Source: Colibacter massiliensis
GTDB taxonomy: Bacteria; Bacillota; Negativicutes; Veillonellales; Megasphaeraceae
Direction of reading: 5' to 3'
Assembly: GCF_900095855.1 (NCBI RefSeq)
Contig: NZ_FMIY01000002.1
Span: forward strand, 153,322-177,321
Length of the DNA stretch: 24,000 nt
Shown here: positions 12,762 to 21,093 of the stretch, piece by piece
Numbering within the stretch: position 1 is the first letter of the stretch
How the letters are laid out: each line of letters opens with the position of its first letter
The notes under the pieces: generated by a model
Told to the model about the DNA's origin: nothing
The model's database searches: none
The model's input: only the letters and a program-made list of their open reading frames with translations
Translations under genes and position numbers: made by a program

Positions 12762-14267
12762 ATGAAATCATACAAAGCAAGACGTATCATCAGCGCCTTG
12801 GCGCTGAGCATGGTCATTACGGCCTGTGTGCAGGCTGAAGAAGGAGCAACGGCCTACGGCAGCGTACACAGAGAGATTTCTACGGTCTCGACGGAAACTT
12901 CAACCACGTCATATGAGACTCGTGAAAGTCATTCGGGGAAAGAAGCGCGCGTTTTTACAGGCGTCGGCGTAGGGGACGTGATCCTGCCGAACATGAAGTC
13001 CCACCGCATGCCCCGAGGCCTGACAAAGACTGTGCGCAGTTTTTACGGTAATTATAATGCCGGCATTTTGGCGAAGGTCAAAGACGGAGGCAAGTGGGGA
13101 CTCGTCGGAACGGACGGCTCCGTGCTGATCGCTCCGAAGTACAAGGAACTCGACTCCGCCGGAGTGCCCGGCATGTTTTGGGCGACGGAAAAGAAAACTC
13201 CCGTTCTCATCGACAAGAACGGCAATCCCTTGCCTGCAGGTACTTCTGCGCCGGCCGTACATGCAGACGGTGAAGATGATCTGACGCCTTTCAAAGAAAA
13301 AGGAAAGTACGGTTTTAAAGATAGTGCGGGCAATGTGAAGATAGGTCCCGTTTATAAAGAAGTCCTTGCCCCCTTCAGCGAAGGAATTGCCTTTGTGAAG
13401 AATGGTGACGGCAAGAAAGTTGCCGTCGATACGACAGGAAAGGAACTGTTTGCCGCCCCGTACGACGAGCTCTTCGCCTATCACGACGGCTTGGCCGAGT
13501 ATCGCCGGAATGTACATAAACTTAACTGGGGCGGCCTTGTCGGAATCGTTCTCGGCAATGTCGTAGGAGGCGGCGGTTACTACGGCATATATGACGATTA
13601 TTACGGCATATATAACGGTTTTACACTTTCTTATGACGGCGTTAAGCGCGGTTACATCGACCGGAGCGGCACTGTCGTCATCGACAGCAAGAATGATGAA
13701 GTATGGCCGATTACGGCATACGGCACTTTCGTCAAAAATAAAGGTAAACTCGGCTTTATGAATCGCAAGGGGGCATATATCATTGAGCCGGGGAATTATG
13801 ATATTGCTCCCGGGGTTTGGGATGATGCGGGAGGCCTTATCGCTATAAAAGACAAAGGAAAGGGGAAATATGCCGTCTTCAATCTTATCGACGGGATGCA
13901 GATGTCCCCGTTCGCCTATGACAACATTACGTTCCACGGCTCGAACCGAATCGTTTTGACGAAAAACAAGAGAAAACTTTTTGTTGATGAAGAGACGGGG
14001 ACGATTATTGCGGAATATCCGGAAAAGTCGGAGATAGGTCTTTTCGGTGTCGAAAAGTATGCGTGGCTGGTTGATGAAAAAGGAATTTATCACATTATCG
14101 ATACGGAAGGTACTGTCCTTTACAGCGCGCAGCCGGGCAGTCTGACGGCGGCAATGCCGTTCCTGAACGGTGTAACTGTCGTTAAGTCGAAGGGCGTTTA
14201 CGGTATTATGGACAGTAAGGGTAATTGGATCGTCAAACCGGCGTATAAAGAAATAAAATTTCTGTAA
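12762..14267 (+). CDS. Secreted WG-repeat (KWG-type beta-repeat) protein
   Basis: SD GGAGAGGAAAAAG precedes ATG 12762. Signal peptide MKSYKARRIISALALSMVITACVQA. Repeats of the type GKWGLVGTDGSVLIAPKYKELD, GKYGFKDSAGNVKIGPVYKEV, GKLGFMNRKGAYIIEPGNYD, GVYGIMDSKGNWIVKPAYKEI. Confidence 0.85.
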   Translation: MKSYKARRIISALALSMVITACVQAEEGATAYGSVHREISTVSTETSTTSYETRESHSGKEARVFTGVGVGDVILPNMKSHRMPRGLTKTVRSFYGNYNAGILAKVKDGGKWGLVGTDGSVLIAPKYKELDSAGVPGMFWATEKKTPVLIDKNGNPLPAGTSAPAVHADGEDDLTPFKEKGKYGFKDSAGNVKIGPVYKEVLAPFSEGIAFVKNGDGKKVAVDTTGKELFAAPYDELFAYHDGLAEYRRNVHKLNWGGLVGIVLGNVVGGGGYYGIYDDYYGIYNGFTLSYDGVKRGYIDRSGTVVIDSKNDEVWPITAYGTFVKNKGKLGFMNRKGAYIIEPGNYDIAPGVWDDAGGLIAIKDKGKGKYAVFNLIDGMQMSPFAYDNITFHGSNRIVLTKNKRKLFVDEETGTIIAEYPEKSEIGLFGVEKYAWLVDEKGIYHIIDTEGTVLYSAQPGSLTAAMPFLNGVTVVKSKGVYGIMDSKGNWIVKPAYKEIKFL

Positions 14268-14279
14268 AGAAGTGATACG

Positions 14280-14984
14280 ATGAAAGCACTGTCCATGGAT
14301 GATATAGAACGGCTGACACGTCTTTCCCGCGGTGAACGGGAAGGACTTGATCTTGCCGAGTCGCGCCTTGTCGATCTCGATCTGTCGGGACGGGATTTGT
14401 CGGGCCTCAAGCTGGACTGGTCCGATTTGGAGCGGGTGTGCTTCGACGGCGCCGACTGCACGGCCATGAGTCTTGCCAATACACGCTGTGTCGACTGCAC
14501 CTTTGTCGGTGCCGACCTGCGCGATGCCGACCTCAAAGGCGCCGCCTTGCGCGGCTGCGATTTGCACGACGCTCATATCGAGGGTGCCGACTTATATGAA
14601 GCCAACTTGGAAGGAGCGCGCCTCGACGGTATCACGGATGATGAAAATACAAAATTCTTTCGCCTTTACTGCCCGGAAAAGGGTGCCTTTATAGGCTATA
14701 AGAAGTGCTTCAACGACCTCCTCGTGCAGATCCTTATCCCCGCCGATGCGAAGCGTACGTCCGCGACGGCCCGATCGTGCCGCTGCAACAAGGCCAAGGT
14801 GCTCAGTATCAAGAGCTTTGACGGCAAGACGGCTTATAAAGATGCCATGTCTCTCGTCGACCCGCACTTTATTTATCGTGTCGGCCGGTGGGTGGAAGTG
14901 AAGAATTTTAATGAAGACCGTTGGCACGATTCGACGACGGGCATTCATTACTGGCTGACGCCGGAAGAAGCGATGGCGTACTAG
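14280..14984 (+). CDS. Pentapeptide-repeat protein with a C-terminal domain of unknown function (DUF5758-like by recall)
   Basis: About 20 tandem A(D/N)LXX pentapeptides (LVDLDLSGRDLSGLKLDWSDLERVCFDGADCTAMSLANTRCVDCTFVGADLRDADLKGAALRGCDLHDAHIEGADLYEANLEGARLDG), then FRLYCPEKGAFIGYKKC...WHDSTTGIHYWLTPEEA. Confidence 0.85.
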   Translation: MKALSMDDIERLTRLSRGEREGLDLAESRLVDLDLSGRDLSGLKLDWSDLERVCFDGADCTAMSLANTRCVDCTFVGADLRDADLKGAALRGCDLHDAHIEGADLYEANLEGARLDGITDDENTKFFRLYCPEKGAFIGYKKCFNDLLVQILIPADAKRTSATARSCRCNKAKVLSIKSFDGKTAYKDAMSLVDPHFIYRVGRWVEVKNFNEDRWHDSTTGIHYWLTPEEAMAY

Positions 14985-15007
14985 AGAGACGGCAGGAGGA
15001 AAAACGG

Positions 15008-15415
15008 ATGCATATTATAGCGGCAGTAGATGACAGGATGGGCATGCTCTTTAACGGCCGCCGGCAGAGCCGGGACCGGGTTATGAATGAGCGGATTGCA
15101 GTCGTGTGCGGCGGTGAACTGTGGATCGCCCCTTGTTCGGCGGAGCTCTTCGACGGCTGTGATATTATGCTGCACGAGGAAGAAAATTTTTTGGTCGAAG
15201 CCAACCGGGGCGCCTATTGCTTCGTCGAGGCGGCGTCGCTGCTCCCCTTGGCGGATGCCGTCGACTCGGTCACGCTCTACAAGTGGAACCGCACTTATCC
15301 GGGCGATTTTTACTTCGACCTGCCTGTCGGCGAAGCGCCGTGGTACCTGGCGGAAAGCTGCGACTTCGTCGGCTCTTCGCACGATAAGATTACGGAAGAG
15401 GTGTATAAGCGATGA
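15008..15415 (+). CDS. Hypothetical 135-aa protein with a weak DHFR/RibD_C-like N-terminus
   Basis: SD GGCAGGAGGA precedes ATG 15008. MHIIAAVDDRMGMLFNGRRQSRD... resembles the first strand-loop of DHFR-fold proteins, but the rest is not recognisable. Its stop overlaps the next start (ATGA at 15412-15415). Confidence 0.6.
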   Translation: MHIIAAVDDRMGMLFNGRRQSRDRVMNERIAVVCGGELWIAPCSAELFDGCDIMLHEEENFLVEANRGAYCFVEAASLLPLADAVDSVTLYKWNRTYPGDFYFDLPVGEAPWYLAESCDFVGSSHDKITEEVYKR

Positions 15416-16143
15416 GTGCGATGTGCAAACGGCTTGCCCTCGTTATTGTCGCAATTTGCGCCCTTGCAGTGTCGGCTTGCGGCAAGCCTGCCGATACGGC
15501 ATCTGCGCCGGCACTTCAAAGTGCACGGACCGAGCGGGGACGAAACGTCGTCGACCTTGCATCCGTACCGGCCTTTAACGGCAGGCCGTACGTCGTCATT
15601 AACAACAATGAGCCGTCCTTTACGAAAGAAGACATGACGACGACGTCCGTCGAGCGCTACAGTGACCTCGATCCCCTCGGACGCTGCGGTCCGGCCTTTG
15701 CCGACATCGGCACGGATCTCATGCCCACTAAGAAGCGCGGCCCTATCGGCTCCGTCAAGCCGTCGGGCTGGCAGACCGTCAAGTACGACAACGTCGACGG
15801 CAAGTACCTTTACAACCGCTGCCATCTTATCGGTTACCAGCTGACGGCGGAAAACGCCAATCCGAAAAACTTAATCACCGGTACACGTTATCTCAACGTG
15901 GAGGGCATGCTGCCCTTTGAGAATATGGTCGCCGACTATATCAAGGAAACGCACCGTCACGTACTCTATCGTGTGACGCCCGTCTTTGAAGGGAAAAACC
16001 TCGTCGCTTCGGGCGTTCAGATGGAAGCTCTGTCCGTTGAAGACGACGGCGCCGGTATAAAATTTAATGTATATGTTTACAATCATCAACCGGGTATCGA
16101 AATTGATTATGCCACCGGTAAAAGTCATCGAATATCCGTATAG
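15412..16143 (+). CDS. Lipoprotein DNA/RNA non-specific endonuclease (EndA/NucA DNA-entry nuclease family)
   Basis: Lipobox LAVSAC after MSAMCKRLALVIVAICA. Core YSDLDPLGRCGP...GSVKPSGWQ...YLYNRCHLIGYQLTAENANPKNLITGTRYLNVEGMLPFENMVADYI..HVLYRVTPVFEG matches the family containing S. pneumoniae EndA and B. subtilis NucA. Confidence 0.85.
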   Translation: MSAMCKRLALVIVAICALAVSACGKPADTASAPALQSARTERGRNVVDLASVPAFNGRPYVVINNNEPSFTKEDMTTTSVERYSDLDPLGRCGPAFADIGTDLMPTKKRGPIGSVKPSGWQTVKYDNVDGKYLYNRCHLIGYQLTAENANPKNLITGTRYLNVEGMLPFENMVADYIKETHRHVLYRVTPVFEGKNLVASGVQMEALSVEDDGAGIKFNVYVYNHQPGIEIDYATGKSHRISV

Positions 16144-16151
16144 CGATTGTT

Positions 16152-16180
16152 TTGCAAGCCATTCTTATTCTCTGTATAAT
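16152..16180 (+). promoter_or_regulatory. Promoter TTGCAA-17-TATAAT for the YbjN-like gene
   Basis: TTGCAA at 16152-16157, a 17-nt spacer, TATAAT at 16175-16180, about 65 nt upstream of ATG 16246. Confidence 0.6.
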
Positions 16181-16245
16181 AAAAGACAGAAAATGTATAC
16201 TTGCTTATAGGTTCAGCAACGTTTTAAGAATGGAGTGATGTACAG

Positions 16246-16674
16246 ATGAATAAGAAAGCCGAAGCTTTTCAAGCGTATCTGGAAAAAGCCGGGATAGAAG
16301 CTTTTGAAATGGAAGATATGCATGACGACGAGCTGCATACCGTTATTTTCCGGACGTTTATCGAGGCGGAAGGAGCCAAGCTGCCGATGATTTTCGTCCT
16401 TGACGATACGATATACGGAAGTATTCGCGTTCTCGTAGCACCCAAAGTGCTGAAGGAGACCAACGAGAAGGCCCTGTACCAACTGATTAACGAATACAAC
16501 CGCATGTACAAATCCTTCAAGTATTGTATTGACGAAGAAGGGGCTCTCCTCCTGGACGTGTGCTATATCAGCGACGAAGAAGTGAACGGTGAAATAGTAT
16601 CGGCTCTCTTCGATGTCATTATCCAGCACATGGAAGAAGCGTATAAAAAAATCATGCAGACCGTTTGGGACTAA
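16246..16674 (+). CDS. YbjN-like / type III secretion chaperone-like small acidic cytoplasmic protein
   Basis: SD GGAGTGA precedes ATG 16246. The 142-aa acidic product has no signal peptide. The pattern FQAYLEKAGIEAF....DDELHTVIFRTFIE..G..LPMIFVLDDTIYGSIRV...NEYNRMYKSFKYCIDEEGALLLDV recalls the YbjN family (recall only). Confidence 0.6.
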   Translation: MNKKAEAFQAYLEKAGIEAFEMEDMHDDELHTVIFRTFIEAEGAKLPMIFVLDDTIYGSIRVLVAPKVLKETNEKALYQLINEYNRMYKSFKYCIDEEGALLLDVCYISDEEVNGEIVSALFDVIIQHMEEAYKKIMQTVWD

Positions 16675-16685
16675 GCGTTGTCCGG

Positions 16686-16719
16686 AGAGAGTTGCGAGCC
16701 TTGCCCGCAGCTCTTTTTA
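16686..16719 (+). terminator. Rho-independent terminator after the YbjN-like gene
   Basis: AGAGTTGCG (16688-16696) / CGCAGCTCT (16706-16714) with one G-U pair and a 9-nt loop, followed by TTTTT. Confidence 0.65.
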
Positions 16720-16816
16720 CATGAACGAAGCCTTGTCGGAAATATGAAGCGATATTTGTTTGAAAAAAGCTCATTGTAAAGAAGCGTAATCGAGCGAGTT
16801 ATAGACATGTATAAGT

Positions 16817-16900
16817 AAAGCGCCGGAGTATTCTGTTTGTTCTCGGAGATCCTTTCGGATCAATGTTTGCGTACAGGATCTGCCGGCGCTTTGTGTTTTT
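16817..16900 (+). other. Orphan long composite hairpin + U-tract with mutually exclusive inner pairings (sRNA 3' end or attenuator-like element)
   Basis: The outer stem AAAGCGCCGG (16817-16826) / CCGGCGCTTT (16883-16892) is perfect. Inside, AGATCC can pair either with the adjacent GGATC (a TTTC loop) or with the distal AGGATCT. TTTGTGTTTTTT follows. The element lies about 100 nt past the previous terminator and 160 nt upstream of the autotransporter ATG. Confidence 0.4.
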
Positions 16901-17059
16901 TGCAATCCTAATTTTTCCTGTAATCTATCTATGATGAAACAATGCCGGTTTCACACAAAATAATTTATATTGTTAGAAAAGTTAACTTAAAGAACAAAAA
17001 TCAGGATAATAAGTGTAATATATCTCACTTAATTTACGGGTAATAGGAGGAAATCCGGC

Positions 17060-20000
17060 ATGAAACACAAAGAGAAGGTTAAGCTGAAGTTAATTGTACT
17101 GGGGCTCTGCAGTCTGGTGGCGCTGGCAGGAGAAGGACGGCCCGTCTTTGCAGACTATGATCCTGTTACGAACACGGATACCTTGACAAATCAAATGGTC
17201 AGCAGCAGCCGCGGTGACACGTCAAAGGGTGATTTTCAGTCTTATGATCATCCGGACCGAAATTTGGTCATCAACTGGACGGATGATTCCCGGGGAGACG
17301 GGGCTGCCATCAGGGATGCCGATGTAAATGCCAAAAACATTACGATCAATACGGATTTTGCGGGCAATCAATGGACAGATAAGGGAATCATCAGCGAGGG
17401 TACGACACGCATTAAGGCGACCGGTGATATCAGCGTCACGTCACATGATGATGCCGTGTTTACGGAAGGAAACGGGACAGCCGCCATTGAAGGTTTTAAA
17501 AATCTGACGATCGGCTCCACTGCTGCAGGATACGGTATTGTGGATAACGGCGGCGGTGTTACCGTTAAAGGCGGTGAAGGCAGTACCGTTACTATTGCTA
17601 CTGACGGCAGCAGGCCTGCTGTAGGCAATTCTATCATGACCATTTTGGGAGGGGCAGGTGTAGGAAAGGGTGTCTCCATCAGTGCCGACAAAATCAAAAT
17701 AGCCTCTTCCGGAGATTCCATTTTTGCAGGCAAAGGAATGGCGGGGGAAACCTTTACGGTTACTCTGAATGCAAAAGAGGTGGACGTGACAGGTACTGTT
17801 GACGGGGATGGAGGAAATATTGACATTAATCCCGATACGGACGGCACGGTGAAGATCGCGGCGGTGGAAGGAGATACAGAGCCTGCCGTTCGTTTAGGGC
17901 ACTTTACCGGCACCGGCAAAATGACTGTCAACAAAGGGGCTTCCGGTGTGGTGCAGATAGACGGCGGCATAGCTCTTAGCGGTACGGGAACGTCTTTCCT
18001 TGCAAATATGACGGGAGACGGTTCGTACCTTAATACGAGGGCCGACGGTATGGGCGGCGGCGTGTTTACGAAAGATGCAATCAAAATTGAAAGCGGCGGT
18101 GAAGCCGTGTTGAATATGAGCGGCCATGATTCCTATATTCGCGGCGACGTACTGAATGAAGCCGGGAAAATTACAATTAATGCTGCGGGAAATAATTTTT
18201 CCTTGCGCCGGTCCTATTTAGATACGGAGGCCGCAGTAAAAGCCGGCAAAAAAGGAACCACCGATATTCTCATCTCCGGCGACAACGGCACGGTGGAAGG
18301 CGGTCTTGAGTCAATGCAGGGCGGCGCGATTCGGCTGGCTATGTCCGGAAAAAATGCAATCGTCAAGGGGGATATGAAGACTGTCATAAATAATACGGAT
18401 TCTTCCGGATTCCCTGAGGACAATGCCGCGATTACTGCCGACTTTTCCGGTAAAAACGCCGAAATGACGGGGAATATCGCCGCACAAACAGGTGCCAGCA
18501 CGATTGACGTCAATTTTACCGGTGCCGACGGAACACTCACGGGAGATGTAAGCTCTACGGGAACCGAAATCGGCATCAGTTCCGGTTCGAGTCCGTGGGT
18601 ATGGACCGTTTACGACAAAAATGTCGTCAACTTGAACTTGACCGGTGAGCATACGGCACATGTCGGGAATATAAAGACCGAAGGGGACAACACGCTCAAT
18701 GCGAATTATACGGGAAGAGGATCGTCCCTTACGGGAAATGTGATCAACAACGGCATCCTGAACCTTACCGTAGATAACGGGTCCGTCATGACCGGTAATA
18801 TGAGCAACGGCACGACGGTATATCACAACAGTCTCGCTTTTGACGGTAAAATGAAGGCCAGTTTTGCCGGCGGCTCCACGTGGAACGGTAATTTGACCGT
18901 AACGGCGGGAACTGCTGATATAAGGCTCACGGGCGGCAGCGTTTGGACCGGCGCGGCGACCGGGCGCGGCGATATTACCGTCGCCGATGCGTCCCGCTGG
19001 AATGTTGCGGCCGACAGTGAGGCCGGCAGCCTGAACTTAGGTTCTGCAGATGCCGTCGTATCCCTGGCCGGCGCGGCGGAAAAGCTCCGCGTGAACAATC
19101 TGAACGGCACGGGCACTTTCCTGATGGATCTGATATATCAGGATAACGCGGTGGATACGTACCGTTCGGGCTCGGGCAGCGACTACCTTATCGCCGCAGG
19201 CGGCAACGGCGGTACTCACCGGATAACGCTGACTTCCGACAGCAGCGTAAACGGCATGACGACGGACAGCAAGCTTTACTTCGCCACGACGGCTCAAGGC
19301 AGCTCCCTCTTTAACGTGAACCAATCCGTGCAGGTTCAAAACTTCAAGAAAATTTACAATAAGAACCTCATTGTCAAAAAGGAAACCGATTCGTCCGGAC
19401 CGTACGCAGGATACGATAACTGGCTGCTCACCGCAGACGGCACCAATGACAAGCCCGTCAACCCGAACGGAGAGGTACCGGGCACGGCCTATCATGCGGC
19501 TGCAGCCTTATGGCGTAGCGACGATACCCTGCTGAAGCGGCTGGGCGAACTGCGTTACAATGAGCAGAATGAAGGAATGTGGGTACGCTTTCATAACATG
19601 GGTCTTAACGAGAGCGGCCGTCATGTTTTCAGGGGTAACTATAAGATGATGCAGCTCGGCGTTGACCTTCGGAAGGAAACAAAGGACTCTGGCTACTGGT
19701 ACTACGGCGGGGCTGTAGAGCATCTTTGGGGCCATACGGACTACACCGCCGGCAGCGGCTCGGAAAAGATGACCGACTTTTCCTTCTACGGTACGAACAT
19801 CCGCAAACACGGTCATTATCTGGATTTAGTTGCCAAGGTCGGCCGCATTGATTCGGATTACACTACCGTGTACGGTGACAGCGGCCGGTTCCGCAACTGG
19901 GGTACCTCTATCAGCGCCGAATACGGCCGGAAGAAGGTCTTTGCCGGAAATTGGGCTGTTGAACCTCAGGTGCAGCTTACGTACAGCTATTTATGGGGAG

Positions 20001-20356
20001 ATGATTATACCACCCGTAACGGCGCAAAGGTCGGACAAGATAATACGGACAGCCTCGTCGGCCGCTTAGGCTTTGTTCTCAGCAAGAAAATCCATACGGG
20101 CAGCAAGGACCTGAGCCGTTTCTACGTCAAGGCCTCGATCCTTCACGATTTCCTGGGAGATACGGGAAGCCGTATTTCCGACGACATTGTCTTTACGGAT
20201 AACCATTCCCTGGGCGGTACGTGGTATGTCATCGGCCTCGGCACGAATATACACCTTGAAGATAATAAGCTGTTCTACTTTGATGCGGAACGCAGCTTCG
20301 GCGGCGATATAAAGATGAAATATCGCTTTAACACGGGCCTGCGCTTTGAATTTTAA
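17060..20356 (+). CDS. Type Va autotransporter (beta-helical passenger + C-terminal 12-strand-type translocator barrel)
   Basis: SD TAGGAGGAAA precedes ATG 17060. Signal peptide MKHKEKVKLKLIVLGLCSLVALAGEGRPVFA. The long G/T/N/D-rich passenger is quasi-repetitive. The linker helix and barrel (LWRSDDTLLKRLGELRYNEQNEGMWVRF...MMQLGVDL...) end in FNTGLRFEF*. Confidence 0.9.
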   Translation: MKHKEKVKLKLIVLGLCSLVALAGEGRPVFADYDPVTNTDTLTNQMVSSSRGDTSKGDFQSYDHPDRNLVINWTDDSRGDGAAIRDADVNAKNITINTDFAGNQWTDKGIISEGTTRIKATGDISVTSHDDAVFTEGNGTAAIEGFKNLTIGSTAAGYGIVDNGGGVTVKGGEGSTVTIATDGSRPAVGNSIMTILGGAGVGKGVSISADKIKIASSGDSIFAGKGMAGETFTVTLNAKEVDVTGTVDGDGGNIDINPDTDGTVKIAAVEGDTEPAVRLGHFTGTGKMTVNKGASGVVQIDGGIALSGTGTSFLANMTGDGSYLNTRADGMGGGVFTKDAIKIESGGEAVLNMSGHDSYIRGDVLNEAGKITINAAGNNFSLRRSYLDTEAAVKAGKKGTTDILISGDNGTVEGGLESMQGGAIRLAMSGKNAIVKGDMKTVINNTDSSGFPEDNAAITADFSGKNAEMTGNIAAQTGASTIDVNFTGADGTLTGDVSSTGTEIGISSGSSPWVWTVYDKNVVNLNLTGEHTAHVGNIKTEGDNTLNANYTGRGSSLTGNVINNGILNLTVDNGSVMTGNMSNGTTVYHNSLAFDGKMKASFAGGSTWNGNLTVTAGTADIRLTGGSVWTGAATGRGDITVADASRWNVAADSEAGSLNLGSADAVVSLAGAAEKLRVNNLNGTGTFLMDLIYQDNAVDTYRSGSGSDYLIAAGGNGGTHRITLTSDSSVNGMTTDSKLYFATTAQGSSLFNVNQSVQVQNFKKIYNKNLIVKKETDSSGPYAGYDNWLLTADGTNDKPVNPNGEVPGTAYHAAAALWRSDDTLLKRLGELRYNEQNEGMWVRFHNMGLNESGRHVFRGNYKMMQLGVDLRKETKDSGYWYYGGAVEHLWGHTDYTAGSGSEKMTDFSFYGTNIRKHGHYLDLVAKVGRIDSDYTTVYGDSGRFRNWGTSISAEYGRKKVFAGNWAVEPQVQLTYSYLWGDDYTTRNGAKVGQDNTDSLVGRLGFVLSKKIHTGSKDLSRFYVKASILHDFLGDTGSRISDDIVFTDNHSLGGTWYVIGLGTNIHLEDNKLFYFDAERSFGGDIKMKYRFNTGLRFEF

Positions 20357-20383
20357 GTAAGCGCTCAGGTTTTGGACTACGGA

Positions 20384-20423
20384 TCCGGTATTACTGCTAT
20401 ATGTGATACCGGGTTCTTTTTTT
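20384..20423 (+). terminator. Rho-independent terminator after the autotransporter
   Basis: TCCGGTATTAC (20384-20394) / GTGATACCGGG (20403-20413), 9 of 11 positions paired, followed by TTCTTTTTTT. Confidence 0.7.
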
Positions 20424-20435
20424 GCGGGAAAAAGC

Positions 20436-20465
20436 TTGACGTACGTGAAAACGTACCCATATAAT
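20436..20465 (+). promoter_or_regulatory. yefM-yoeB promoter TTGACG-18-TATAAT with an embedded GTAC-containing palindrome (candidate autoregulatory operator)
   Basis: TTGACG at 20436-20441 and TATAAT at 20460-20465. The spacer contains GTACG-TGAAAA-CGTAC (20441-20456). YefM-YoeB operators in E. coli are built on GTAC-core palindromes. Confidence 0.55.
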
Positions 20466-20498
20466 AAATATAAAAAATAATAAAGGAGGATCGGTAAC

Positions 20499-20762
20499 AT
20501 GGCTGAAGGAACGACCATAAACGCTACGACAGTGAGGAAAGAACTGTATAGATTGATTACGGAAGTAAATGGATATAATATACCTATTACGATTACTCAT
20601 ACAAAAGGGAAAAATGCCGTTTTGTTGTCGGAAGATGATTGGCGTACAATTAAGGAAACGCTGTATTTGCAGTCTGTTCCGGGCATGGTGAAAAGCATAT
20701 TGGAAGGCGATAAGGAGGCTATAGAAAATATGCAGGCATATAATCCTGATGAGGCGTGGTAA
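20499..20762 (+). CDS. yefM: Type II antitoxin, Phd/YefM family
   Basis: SD AAAGGAGGA precedes ATG 20499. TVRKELYRLITEVNGYNIPITITHTKGKNAVLLSEDDWRTIKETLYL is the YefM N-domain, followed by a C-terminal toxin-binding tail. Confidence 0.85.
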   Translation: MAEGTTINATTVRKELYRLITEVNGYNIPITITHTKGKNAVLLSEDDWRTIKETLYLQSVPGMVKSILEGDKEAIENMQAYNPDEAW

Positions 20763-21052
20763 TGTATTACGTTGTATTTACCAAGGCGGCTCAAAAAGAC
20801 AAACTTCATTTGAAAGCGGCCAAACTTGAAGAAAAGGCAAGGCAATTATTAAATACAATTCGAGTGAACCCCTTTCAAACGCCGCCTCCTTATGAAAAAT
20901 TAATAGGGAGCTTGTCGGGGAAGTATTTGCGGCGGATTAATGTCAAACACCGTCTTGTATATTCAATAACGGGAGTACCGTATAAAGGATCGGACAAAAC
21001 TATATATGAGGGCACTGTTATTGTTTATCGCATGTGGACCCATTATGAATAA
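20762..21052 (+). CDS. yoeB: Type II toxin, YoeB/Txe family mRNA interferase
   Basis: The ATG overlaps the antitoxin stop (TAATG). MYYVVFTKAAQKD...NPFQTPPPYEKLIGSLSGKYLRRINVKHRLVYSI...VIVYRMWTHYE matches the YoeB hallmark (RRIN..HRLVY ... HY). The track start GTG 20756 is 2 codons upstream. Confidence 0.85.
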   Translation: MYYVVFTKAAQKDKLHLKAAKLEEKARQLLNTIRVNPFQTPPPYEKLIGSLSGKYLRRINVKHRLVYSITGVPYKGSDKTIYEGTVIVYRMWTHYE

Positions 21053-21093
21053 TAATATAAAGACAGTTGAAGATAGCGGAGGAGGAACGGGGC

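Noticed and set aside
12909-14576. A 555-aa minus-strand ORF
   Set aside because: It is antisense to the WG-repeat and pentapeptide genes, which have clear repeats, a signal peptide and SD sites. It has no recognisable motifs and crosses a plus-strand gene junction.
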